DNA of 64,000 bases from an uncultured Pseudomonadota bacterium (GTDB taxonomy: Bacteria; Pseudomonadota; Alphaproteobacteria; Acetobacterales; Acetobacteraceae): positions 627,519 to 691,518 of the forward strand of contig CAVTAR010000001.1 in NCBI GenBank assembly GCA_963732775.1, given 5' to 3'. A program made the position numbers and the translations under genes. This document shows, in pieces, positions 28,395 through 39,129 of this stretch. The notes below the pieces were generated by a model. The model was not told where the DNA came from. It saw only the letters and a program-made list of their open reading frames with translations, and made no database searches. Every line of letters begins with the position of its first letter. Position 1 is the stretch's first letter.

Positions 28395-29835
28395 CTAGCC
28401 CAGCCCGGCCTTCCTCATCTGGCCGTCGATGTTGGCGGCCAGCGCGTCCAGGCCATCGTCGACCGGGACCTCCTTGGCCACCATGCGTTGCAGCGCGGCG
28501 GCCCAGTCGGTGGTGACGTTGGGGAACAGCTGCTGCGGCGTGAAGTAGATCTGCGCCTTGCCCACCGTCTTGGTGTACTGCTCGAGGTAGCCCGGATACT
28601 GGCCCATGCGGGCCTTGAACTCCGGGTCGTCCCAGATCGCCTGGCGGATCGGGTTCACCATGTCCTTCTTGCGGGCGCCGAACATCAGGTGGTCGGTGCC
28701 GCAGGCCCACTGCATGAACATCCAGGCCGCGTCCTTCTTCTTGCTGAAGGTGGACATCGCCAGCGACCAGATCCACACGTTCGCGGTCGGCTCGCTCGCC
28801 TCGGGTTGGCGGCGAAGGCGGCGAAGCCGAGGTTGCCGTGCTCCTTCTTGCCGGCGCCGTCCATGAAGTAGCCCAGGATGTCGGCGTCGAAGATCATGCC
28901 CGACTGGCCCGCGCCCAGGTCCTGGCCGACCTGGTACCAGGTGTAGGTCGACCAGTTCTTCGGCCCGCTATCCTGGATCATCTTCACCCATTGCGCGGTG
29001 AACTTCTTCGCCGCCGGGCTGTTCATCGCGGCCTTCAGCTTGCCGCCCTCCTGCGTGAAGTCCTTCGCGCCGTAGTTGGTGTAGCCGGACAGGAAGCCCG
29101 GATGGATGGTCGCCCACGAGCGGCTGCCGCGCACCCCGATGCCATAGGGGCCGCCGGCGTCCTTGGTGATCTTGGCGGCGATCTCCATCATGTCCGGCAG
29201 GTTCTTCGGCACCTGCACGCCGACCTTGTCGAAGATGCGCTGGTTGTAGCTGACAGGTTGTTGGCCTCGAAGCCCCAGGGCATCGCCCATTGCTTGGAGC
29301 CCGGGCCGCCCAAGTGCGTCGCCCGGATTGCCCGACCACGCGGTCGAGGCGCGCAGCCCGGGCAGCACGCCTTCCCAGTTGTAGCGCGGGGGCGGTCTTG
29401 GCCGGGTCCTTGAGGTATTCGTTCAGGTCGACGAGCCAGCCGGCCGGGCCGTACGTCCAGGTCTGGTAGGCGCCGGTCATGAACGCGTCGTACTCGGTGG
29501 AGCCGGACGACAGCGCCGCCGTCACCTTGTCGAAATAGACGTCCTCGGGGAAGATGTCCTAGCTCGACGTCATGCCGGTCGGCGACTTGAAGTTCTCGAT
29601 GTCGGCGATCATCGCGTCGGCGTACGGGTGCTTGTTCAGCAGCAGCTTCACCGCCTTGCCCTTCTGCTTCTTCATGTCGAAGTCGGCGGCCATAGGCGCG
29701 GGTCATGCCGGCGTTCAGCAGGCTCGCCCCGGCGGCCGCGCCCACGCCCAGCCTGGCGAGGCCGCGGGCCAGTTCGCGCCGGCCCACCCGGCCGGCCAGG
29801 AAGTTGTCGATCAGGTCTTTCGGCTTCTCGTACAT
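28395..29835 (-). pseudogene. CUT1 ABC transporter substrate-binding protein; about 5 frame changes plus an in-frame TAG
   Basis: Start MYEKPKDLIDNFLAGRVGRRELARGLARLGVGAAAG (Tat-like) is preceded by GGGAGA. Later blocks are in other frames. TAG at 29559-29561 interrupts TGMTSS*DIFPEDVYFDKVTAALSSG. Confidence 0.85.
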
Positions 29836-29863
29836 TCCGCTGTCTCCCTTGGTGCGCCGCGCT

Positions 29864-30843
29864 TCATGAGGCAATGATCCGACGAGCCGCCGCGCCGTCT
29901 GTTCGTCCGTGATGAGCCCGGTGAGCAGACCGCTCCGCAGCACCGCGTCGATGGCCTCGGCCTTGTCCGGGCCGCCCGCGACGGCGACGACGTCGCGCCC
30001 CGGGTCGTCCCGCGACCCGAGTTCCGACAGCGGCAGCCCGACCACCCGCCCATGCAGGGGCGTGTCGATCAGGCGGCCGCGGCGGTCGTAGAAATAGCCG
30101 AGCGCCTCGGCGACAGCGCCCGCCGCGCGCGCCTGCGCGATGTCGGCGACACTGATGCCGCCCGACTGCGCGAGGAACGCGCCGCCATCCGCCTCGCCGA
30201 TGCCGAGCATCAGCAGGCTCGCCTCGCGCGCCAGCGCCAGCGCCTCGGGCACGCCGGTCTGGCGGCGCAGCACCTCGCGGTCCGCTCCGGTGCGGGCGAA
30301 CATCGGCACCGGCAGCAGGTGCGCGTCCGCCCCGGTCTTGTCGGCCAGGCGGTCGATCACCTCGAACGGGTGCGCCGGGTGGCGGCGCGGCAGCCCGCCC
30401 AGCAGGCTCACCACCCGCAGCCCCTCGGTCGAAAGGCGCGGCAGGTGGTCGACGGTGGCGGCGAGCGTGCGGCCGTGGCCGAGGCCGACGACGCCATGCT
30501 GGCCGCGCGACAGCGCGTCGCGCAGGAACCCGGCCGCCGCGATGCCGAGCGCCCGCAGCGGCAACGCCTCGTCGAGCAGCGGCACGATGCGGCAGGAGCG
30601 CAGGCCGTGCCTCGCCATCAGCGCGGCCTCGGCGGCGATGCAGCCGCCGATCGGGCCTTCCACGAACACCCGCACCAGGCCCGCGCGGGTGGCGCGACCG
30701 ATCAGCCGGTGTGCCTTGGCGCTGGTCACGCCGAGCCGCCCGGCCACCTCGGTCTGGGTCATGCCGCCGGCGTGATAGAGCCAGGCCGCGCGCGTCGCGA
30801 GCCCGACATCCTCCTCCATCGCAATGGCCGCATCCCCCGCCAT
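29864..30843 (-). CDS. SorC/DeoR-type sugar-binding transcriptional regulator (3' boundary uncertain)
   Basis: HTH MTQTEVAGRLGVTSAKAHRLI plus a SorC sugar-binding domain through GLITDEQTARRLV. No in-frame stop before the binding-protein ATG. A TGA at 29864 lies in a neighbouring frame. Alternative starts at 30852 and 30819. Confidence 0.75.
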
Positions 30844-30985
30844 GGCGTGCATGCAATTTTTTCCCTGGACGTGCAAAATCTTTCACAGCTGCGCCGGCCG
30901 GCGTCAAGCCCCGTTTCGCTGGCGCCCGATTTGCCGGACACGGGTTTGCCACTACGTTCGGGGCCGGCATCCAACGGGCCCGATC

Positions 30986-32080
30986 ATGAACACCAGGCAT
31001 CTCGTGCGTTTCGCCCTCGCCGCGGCGCTGGCCGGCCTGGCCGGCGCGGTGCAGGCGGCACCGCCGAAAAGGGTCGTGCTGCTGATCAACGGCACCACCG
31101 GCGACAAGTCGTTCTTCGACAGCGCCGCGCACGGCATGGCGCTGGTGCGCGACAAGTACGGCACTGCGGTGCAGACGCGCGTGATCGAGATGTCCTACGA
31201 CCAGAGCAAGTGGCAGCCCACGATGGAGGACATCGCCGGCCAGCACTGGGACCTCATCATCACCGGCACGTACCAGATGCCCGACATCGTGACGCAGGTG
31301 GCGCCGGAGCACCCGGACGAGAAGTTCGTCCTGTACGACAGCGACGTCGACTACTCGAAGGGCGAGTTCAAGAACGTCTACTCGATCACCTACAAGCAGA
31401 ACGAGGCGAGCTACCTCGCCGGGCTGATGGCCGAGGGCATGGTCAAGGCCCAAGCCGGGGCGGGCGGCCAGCAGGGCACGGCACTCGGCTTCCTGGGCGG
31501 CATCGACGACCCGGTCATCAACGACTTCCTGGTGGGCTACGTGGCCGGCGCCCGCGCGGTCGATCCGGCGGCGAAGGTCGCCGTCTCCTACATCGGCTCG
31601 TTCAGCGACGCGGCGAAGGGCAAGGAACTGGCGCTCGCGCAGTACCGCACCGGGGTCGCGATCGGCTTCAACGTCGCGGGCCAGGCGGGGCTCGGCCAGC
31701 TCGCCGCGGCCAAGGACGCGCAGCGGCTGGCGATCGGCGTCGACAGCGACCAGGAGGCGATCTTCCGCGCCACCGACCCGGCGACGGCGGACCGGGTCGT
31801 GACGTCGGTGCTGAAGCGCGTCGACGTCAGCCTGCTGCGCGCGGTGGACATGCTGATGGCCGGCACCCTGCCGATGGGGAAGGAGGAGGCGCTCGGCTTC
31901 AAGGAGGGCGCGGTCGGCCTGGTGGACGACGCGGTCTACGAGCGGCTGGTGCCGGCCGACGTGCGCGCGCGCGTGGCGCAGGCGCAGGCGGACATCGCCG
32001 CCGGCAAGGTCGTCGTGCCGACCTCGTTCGGCCAGCCCACCGGCGCCATCGCGGCGCTGCGCGAGAAGGTGCGGCCGTAG
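30986..32080 (+). CDS. BMP family (PnrA/Med-like) ABC transporter substrate-binding protein
   Basis: ATG at 30986. Signal MNTRHLVRFALAAALAGLAGAVQA. BMP-type sequence. Followed by the cognate ATPase and permeases. Confidence 0.88.
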   Translation: MNTRHLVRFALAAALAGLAGAVQAAPPKRVVLLINGTTGDKSFFDSAAHGMALVRDKYGTAVQTRVIEMSYDQSKWQPTMEDIAGQHWDLIITGTYQMPDIVTQVAPEHPDEKFVLYDSDVDYSKGEFKNVYSITYKQNEASYLAGLMAEGMVKAQAGAGGQQGTALGFLGGIDDPVINDFLVGYVAGARAVDPAAKVAVSYIGSFSDAAKGKELALAQYRTGVAIGFNVAGQAGLGQLAAAKDAQRLAIGVDSDQEAIFRATDPATADRVVTSVLKRVDVSLLRAVDMLMAGTLPMGKEEALGFKEGAVGLVDDAVYERLVPADVRARVAQAQADIAAGKVVVPTSFGQPTGAIAALREKVRP

Positions 32081-32085
32081 CGCCG

Positions 32086-33600
<1,515 letters not shown>

Positions 33601-33624
33601 GCCGCCCACGTGCCAGGCATCGCG

Positions 33625-34992
33625 TCACCAGCTCGGCCAGGCTCGGCAGTCGAAGTATTCCGGCCGCTGGCCGTCGCGGTTGGGCACCCGGCCGAGCCGG
33701 CAGGATGGGAACGGCCGGTTCGCCGCCGCCGCCGCCGCCGTTGCGGCCACGCTCTGGCCGATCTCGGAGGCGCCCGAGCCGGGCGGCGTCGGGGAGGCCG
33801 GCGGGGCCGCCTGGGCGGTGGGACCCATCGGCGTGGTCCCCGGCCCGGTGATCCCCGGCCCAGTGGTTCCAGGCCCCGTGGGCGGGTTGGCGGGCGGCGG
33901 GTTCACCGGCGGCGGGTTGCCGTTGGTGGTGCCGCCATGCGTCTTGGGGAAGTCGGCGCGGATGTCGACGGTGTCGCTGCGGATGTCGGCGTGGATGTCG
34001 CGCACAGCCTCGGCATCGTGGACGGCGCTCGCGTGATCGATATGGAGCTGCCGGCGGTCGTCGTGGACCACGGTGCGCTCGGCCGCGCGGGCCGCCCGCG
34101 CCGCGGTCACGGCGGCATGGTCGCCGGCCGTCGCCGCGCGCGCCGCGGCCCGGTCGGCGCGGTCCTGCCCGAGGTCGGCGCCGGCGGCGGCCGCGGCGGC
34201 GCGGGCATGGGCCACGCCCGCCTGTTCGTGCGCCGCGGCGGCGCGGGCGGCGGCCAGGTCGTGCCGCGACTTGGTGGCGGCCGCGGCGTCGCGCGCCAGC
34301 GCGGCGTGCTGCTGCTGCGCTGTCGCGTCCGCGTGCGCGATGGCGGTGCGCAGCGCCGCGGCCTGGCTGGGGTCCGCCTTGATCGCCGCGCGGTCGGCCT
34401 GGATCGTCGCCCGGGTGGCGTGGACCGCTGCGCGCGCCGCCGCCGTCGCCGCGTCGGCCTGGTGCAGGGCGGCGCGGCCCTGGCCGACCGCCGCGTGCCC
34501 GGCCTGGGCGGCGGCCTCGGCGGTGCGGATTCCGGCGGCGTCGCCGCGCACCGTGGCCCGGTCGGCGGTGATGTCGGCCCGGTCATGGCCGACCGTGCGC
34601 TGCCCGGCCGCGACCGCCTGGCGCGCCGCGCCCACCGCGCGCCGGTCCGCACCCAGCGTGGCCAGCGCGTCGCGCGTCGCCTCGCGCTGCGCCACGGCGG
34701 CTTCGCGCGCGGCGGCGGTGACGGCGGCGGCGACCCCGGCCTCGCCGATGTCGGCGCGCTTGTCGGCGCGGTCGGCGAGCCGGTCGGTGCGCACCGCGTG
34801 CGTCCCGCCATTGCCCCCGCTCGCGTTGCCCGCGGCGCCCTGCCGCGACCCCGAGGCGGTGCCCGGCGCCGCCGCGGCCGGCGAGCCGACCAGCCGCAGG
34901 GCGCCGCGCGGGTCCAGGCCCGGCAGCATCAGGGGCACCACCAGCGCGGTGGTGAGGCACAGTCGTGCAGTGCGTGTTACGCGGGTCATCAT
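33625..34992 (-). CDS. Secreted Ala/Asp/Arg/His-rich helical protein with Pro/Gly-rich spacer and Cys-containing C-terminus (hypothetical)
   Basis: ATG at 34992 is preceded by GGAG. Signal-like MMTRVTRTARLCLTTALVVPLMLPG. About 300 aa of A-rich helix-former with many D/H. Then NPPPVNPPPANPPTGPGTTGPG. Ends CRLGRVPNRDGQRPEYFDC. Confidence 0.55.
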   Translation of the reverse strand: MMTRVTRTARLCLTTALVVPLMLPGLDPRGALRLVGSPAAAAPGTASGSRQGAAGNASGGNGGTHAVRTDRLADRADKRADIGEAGVAAAVTAAAREAAVAQREATRDALATLGADRRAVGAARQAVAAGQRTVGHDRADITADRATVRGDAAGIRTAEAAAQAGHAAVGQGRAALHQADAATAAARAAVHATRATIQADRAAIKADPSQAAALRTAIAHADATAQQQHAALARDAAAATKSRHDLAAARAAAAHEQAGVAHARAAAAAAGADLGQDRADRAAARAATAGDHAAVTAARAARAAERTVVHDDRRQLHIDHASAVHDAEAVRDIHADIRSDTVDIRADFPKTHGGTTNGNPPPVNPPPANPPTGPGTTGPGITGPGTTPMGPTAQAAPPASPTPPGSGASEIGQSVAATAAAAAANRPFPSCRLGRVPNRDGQRPEYFDCRAWPSW

Positions 34993-35226
34993 GACCTCAA
35001 CTCCAGGCAGATTGTTCCAAGTGGTATTTAATCTCGTGAACGTGACGCCGGATCGTGGACCGGGTCGCTGGCGTTCGCAAGTATCGAACTGTCGCATGCC
35101 GCAAATCGGGCAGCCTCTATGCTTTTTGCGTGACAGCTATACCGTGGTTGACCAAATCTCTATTTTGCCTTGCGGCAATGTTTCGCAACAGTTTGACCGT
35201 TCCGGTCCCGGCGCAAGGCCGCCGGC

Positions 35227-36270
35227 GTGATCCGCCACGGCCTCGCCCGGCTGCTGCTCACGGCAGCGCTGCTGCTCGCCGTCGTGGGCGCGGTGCTGGT
35301 GCCCATCAGCCTCACGCTGCCGACGCCGGGGCAGGCGATCGCCAGCTTCCTGCTCGGCCCGGCCGGCGATCTGCGCCACCTCGGCAACGTGGTCGAGACC
35401 GCCACGCCGCTGATGTTCACCGGGCTCGCGGTCAGCCTCATGTTCCGTACCGGCATGTTCAACCTCGGCGCGGAGGGCGCCTTCTTCCTGGGTGGCGTCG
35501 GGGCCGCGTATTGCGTGTTAACCCTTCCGTTACCGTCCTGGGCGCTCGCCGGATGCGGCGTGCTGTTCGGCGCCGCGGCGGGCAGCACGGTGTGCCTGGT
35601 GCCCGGCGTGCTGCGGGCCCGCTTCGGCGCCTCGGAACTGGTCTCCTCGCTGATGCTGAACTACGCGGCACTGTTCCTCGGCCTCTACGTCGTCAACTAC
35701 GTGCTGCGCGACCCGAACGCGGGGGCGATGTCCACCTACCGCTTCGCCGCCGCCGCCCACCTGCCGCGGCTGCTCGCCGGCACGCGGGTGCATCTCGGCA
35801 TCGTCCTGGCGCTGGCCGCCTGCGCGCTGGGCGGCGTCTGGCTGTTCGCCACCCGCTGGGGTTTTCGCGCCCGCATCGTCGGCGCGAACCCGGAGTTCGC
35901 GCGCCATCTCGGGCTCGACCCGGCGCTGATCGCCGCCGGCGCACAGGCGCTGGGCGGCCTGTGCGCCGGCGCGGGCGGCGCGGTGGAGGTGCTGGGCCTG
36001 TACGTGCGCTTCACCTGGGAGGCGCTGCCGGGCCAGGGCTGGAACGGCCTGGTGGTAGCGATCCTGGCCGGCAACAACCCGTTCCTGGTGCCGCCAGCGG
36101 CGCTGGCGCTGGCCTATCTGCAGGTCGGCGGCGACCTGCTCGCGCGCAATTTCGAGGTGCCGAGCGAGGCGGTCGGCCTGGTGCAGGCGCTGGTGATCCT
36201 GTTCGCGACCGCCGCGGCGATCCTCCAGAACCCGCGGCTACGGCGTTGGCTCGCGGGCCGGGCGGCATGA
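35227..36270 (+). CDS. ABC transporter permease (BMP-type system)
   Basis: GTG start. 347 aa, multi-TM. Motifs FNLGAEGAFFLGG and GWNGLVVAILAG are typical of this permease family. Confidence 0.88.
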   Translation: MIRHGLARLLLTAALLLAVVGAVLVPISLTLPTPGQAIASFLLGPAGDLRHLGNVVETATPLMFTGLAVSLMFRTGMFNLGAEGAFFLGGVGAAYCVLTLPLPSWALAGCGVLFGAAAGSTVCLVPGVLRARFGASELVSSLMLNYAALFLGLYVVNYVLRDPNAGAMSTYRFAAAAHLPRLLAGTRVHLGIVLALAACALGGVWLFATRWGFRARIVGANPEFARHLGLDPALIAAGAQALGGLCAGAGGAVEVLGLYVRFTWEALPGQGWNGLVVAILAGNNPFLVPPAALALAYLQVGGDLLARNFEVPSEAVGLVQALVILFATAAAILQNPRLRRWLAGRAA

Positions 36271-37175
36271 TCCACGAGGTGCTGGCCCATCTCGGCGGCG
36301 CGGGCTTCCTCGGCTCGGCGCTACGCGTCAGCACGCCGATCCTGCTGGCCGCCCTGGGCGCGCTGATCTCGGACCGCGCGGGCGTGGTCAACATCGGCGT
36401 CGAGGGCACCATGCTGGCCGGCGCCTTCGCGGGCGTGGCGGGCAGTGCGGCGACCGGCAACGCCTGGCTCGGGCTCGGCTTCGCGCTGCTGGTGGGCGCC
36501 GCGATGGGCGGGCTGCTGGCCGCCGCCGTCCACCTGCTGCGCGCCGACCTGGTGCTGAGCGGGGTAGCGCTGAACCTCGCCGCCGCGTCGGGCACGGTGC
36601 TGCTGCTGTTCGCGCTCACCGGCGACAAGGGCATGTCCGGCGGCCTGCCGTCGCGGGTGCTGCCCACGCTGTCGCTGGGCTGGCTGGACGGCGTGCCGCT
36701 GCTCGGCCCCGTGCTGGCGCACCAGCACGTGCTGACCTGGGCGGCGTTGCTGGCGGTGCCGGCGGTGGCGCTGCTGCTGGCGCGCACGCCGTTCGGCCTG
36801 CGCCTGCGCGCGGTGGGCGAGAACGCCGAGGCGGCCACCGCCGCGGGCATCGCGGTGGTGCGGGTGCAGGCGCTGGCCCTGCTGCTGTCGGGGGCACTGG
36901 CGGCGGCGGGGGGCGCGTTCCTGTCGATGGGCTACGTCAGCTGGTTCGCCGGCGGCATGTCGGCCGGCCGCGGCTACATCGCCATCGCCGCCGAGGTCAT
37001 GGGCGGCGGCGGCGCCTGGGGCACCTGTGTCGCGTCGTTCGTGCTCGGGGCCGCCGACACGCTGGCGATCGACCTGCAGGGTCTCGGCCTGCCGAGCGAG
37101 CTGATGCAGACCGTGCCCTACGTCGTCCCGGTGGTGGCGCTGGTGCTGCACGCGGCACGGCGCCGGCGCCGGTGA
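36267..37175 (+). CDS. ABC transporter permease (BMP-type system)
   Basis: ATG at 36267 overlaps the upstream stop (ATGA). Motifs VNIGVEGTMLAGAF and GYIAIAAEVMGG. Confidence 0.88.
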   Translation: MIHEVLAHLGGAGFLGSALRVSTPILLAALGALISDRAGVVNIGVEGTMLAGAFAGVAGSAATGNAWLGLGFALLVGAAMGGLLAAAVHLLRADLVLSGVALNLAAASGTVLLLFALTGDKGMSGGLPSRVLPTLSLGWLDGVPLLGPVLAHQHVLTWAALLAVPAVALLLARTPFGLRLRAVGENAEAATAAGIAVVRVQALALLLSGALAAAGGAFLSMGYVSWFAGGMSAGRGYIAIAAEVMGGGGAWGTCVASFVLGAADTLAIDLQGLGLPSELMQTVPYVVPVVALVLHAARRRRR

Positions 37176-37251
37176 GTCGCGCGGGTCCGGCCGGTTGTCG
37201 GCCGGCCGTCGTCGCGGCTCATACCAGCGGCCGAAGGGATTGACCGTCGAA

Positions 37252-37339
37252 GGCCCCACCCGGCCCTCCGGGCCACCCTCCCCAAAATGGGGAGGGAAAG
37301 CTCTCCCTCCCCCTTGTGGGGAGGGCCGGGTTGGGGGTC
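37252..37339. repeat. REP-like nested palindrome (variant copy)
   Basis: CCCCACCCGGCCCTCCGGGCCACCCTCCCC-aaaat-GGGGAGGG-aaagctct-CCCTCCCCC-ttgt-GGGGAGGGCCGGGTTGGGGG. Confidence 0.85.
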
Positions 37340-37368
37340 GGACGAGTCAGCAGTTGCGGCCGCTGGTA

Positions 37369-39129
37369 TCAGTTGGCCACGGGCGGGTTGCGCGCGGCTT
37401 GCTGGGCGGTGGCCAGCCTGGCACGCACCGCCCGGCCCTGGCTGCTCTGCGGCAGCACCAGCAGCGTGCTGGCCACCGACGGCGTGCCGGCGCTGTTGAA
37501 CGCGAACAGCATGTAGTAGCCGGGCACGAGCGTGTTGGCGCTGGCCGGCAGCGTCGCGGCGAGCGCCTGGCCGGTCTGCGTGAAGCCGAGCTCGATGAAG
37601 CGCTGGTCGATGTCCAGCGAGTGCGTCGTCGCGCCGAACTTCACCAGCGTCAGCCGGCTGATCTGGTCGCTGGCGCCCACGCTCGCCGTGATCGGCTGGC
37701 CGATCGTCACGACCGAGGCGCTCGCCTGCAGCGTCGGACGCGGCGCCGGCTGGCCCGAGCCGTCGTGCAGGAACAGGTACGGCGGGTAGTAGATCTCGGC
37801 GTTCAGGTTCTTCACCGGCCCGGGCGAGCCGCCGGAGCCGGTCAGCACGGTCCCGTCGGTCAGCAGCAGCGCGACGGAGTGATACAGGCGCGGCTTGGCG
37901 GCCATCGCGCCCAGCGTCCACTGGCCGGTCGCCGGGTCCCAGGTCTCGTTCTGGTAGGCGATGCCGACGAGCTGGTTGGACACCGAGGAGCCGCCGTTCA
38001 CCAGCACCTTGCCGTCGGCCATCACCGTCGCGTTCGCCCACAGGCGCGCCTGCGACAGGCTGCTGGTCGGGGTCACGGTCGGCGTGGCGCCAGTCAGGTC
38101 GAACACCGCCGCGGCAGCGACGCCGCGCAGCGACAGCAGCTTGCCCGGCGCGTACATCGCCACCGGCAGCGCGTCGGTCGCGGGCGAGGTCTTGCCAACC
38201 TGGGTCAGCGTGCCGTCCGCGGTCGGGTCCAGCCAGAACATCTCGCCGCCGTATCCTGGGATGAACAGCAGCCCGTTCGGCGCCACCACGGCCCGTGGGT
38301 AGAACCACATGTTGCGGGTGAAGAAGGCGAGGTCGCTCGTGGCGTTGGCCAGGGCGTGCCAGCCGATGCCCGGGTCGAACCGCTCCGGCGTCGGCGCGCC
38401 CACGGTGGTGGTCTTGGCGTGGAACTGCCGCCCGCCGAGCGCCACCATGCTGCCGTCCGGCATCGCCGCCAGGGTGCCGTACCAGCGCGGGGTGATCATC
38501 GGCGTGATGGCGGCGATGGTGTTGCTCGGCGCGTCGAACACCGTCGTGACCGACGCGGAGTTGTTCGGCTTGCGCTCCGGCCGCAGGTCGCCGCCCACCG
38601 TCATCAGGTCGCCCGAGGTCCACATCAGCGACTGATAGCTGCAGAAGATGTCCGCCCCGGTGGTGTTGGGCAGCAGGGCGTGGGCGTTGGTGTCGGTGCC
38701 GAGCCGCGGGTCCCACACATCGTAGTAGAGTTCCGCGCCGCGCACGCCGTTCTCGTCAGTGCCGAAGCTCATCACCCGGCCGTCCGGCAGCAGCGCCACG
38801 TGGATCGGGATGACCGGCCAGGCGATCGGCGGGCCATAGCTGCCGATGCTGCCGGCGTCGGTGCTGGCCGGCACCACGTTGGGCGCGGCGCGGGTGGCCA
38901 GCGCCGCGCTGAAGCGGGGGCGTGCCCGGCCGAGGCCGCGGCCCGGCCCGTAGTCGATGGGCGCGCTCGCATCCAGCGCGTTCCAGGACAGCACTTCGGC
39001 ATAGGCGGCGTCGTCGTCCGCCGCCAAGGCCGCCGGGGCGCCGGTCGCCAGCCCCGCCGCCAATCCCGTCACGAGGCCGAGGACCGCGCACGCGAGCGTC
39101 TTCTCCAACCTCATCCCACCAAGCTCCAT
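37369..39129 (-). CDS. Secreted glyoxal/galactose oxidase-like protein (kelch-type propeller plus DUF1929-like C-terminal domain)
   Basis: Signal MRLEKTLACAVLGLVTGLAAGLATGAPAALA (alternative start 39114). Blocks IHVALLPDGRVMSFG, PRWYGTLAAMPDGSMVALGG, RLYHSVALLLTDGTVL and C-terminal PGYYMLFAFNSAGTPSVA. Confidence 0.8.
   Translation of the reverse strand: MELGGMRLEKTLACAVLGLVTGLAAGLATGAPAALAADDDAAYAEVLSWNALDASAPIDYGPGRGLGRARPRFSAALATRAAPNVVPASTDAGSIGSYGPPIAWPVIPIHVALLPDGRVMSFGTDENGVRGAELYYDVWDPRLGTDTNAHALLPNTTGADIFCSYQSLMWTSGDLMTVGGDLRPERKPNNSASVTTVFDAPSNTIAAITPMITPRWYGTLAAMPDGSMVALGGRQFHAKTTTVGAPTPERFDPGIGWHALANATSDLAFFTRNMWFYPRAVVAPNGLLFIPGYGGEMFWLDPTADGTLTQVGKTSPATDALPVAMYAPGKLLSLRGVAAAAVFDLTGATPTVTPTSSLSQARLWANATVMADGKVLVNGGSSVSNQLVGIAYQNETWDPATGQWTLGAMAAKPRLYHSVALLLTDGTVLTGSGGSPGPVKNLNAEIYYPPYLFLHDGSGQPAPRPTLQASASVVTIGQPITASVGASDQISRLTLVKFGATTHSLDIDQRFIELGFTQTGQALAATLPASANTLVPGYYMLFAFNSAGTPSVASTLLVLPQSSQGRAVRARLATAQQAARNPPVAN

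Noticed and set aside
30052-32085. N-terminal 678 aa of the 1182-aa ORF 30052-33600
   Set aside because: Only the part from about 32086 matches an ABC ATPase. The upstream part is antisense to the SorC regulator and out of frame over the BMP binding protein.
33610-35230. Plus-strand ORFs 33610-35031 and 34073-35230, competing with the Ala-rich minus-strand gene
   Set aside because: They have no RBS or signal features and a run-on R/G or A/R/S/C composition. The minus-strand ORF has GGAG-ATG, a signal-like N-terminus and domain-like organisation. Without frame statistics this choice is not certain.
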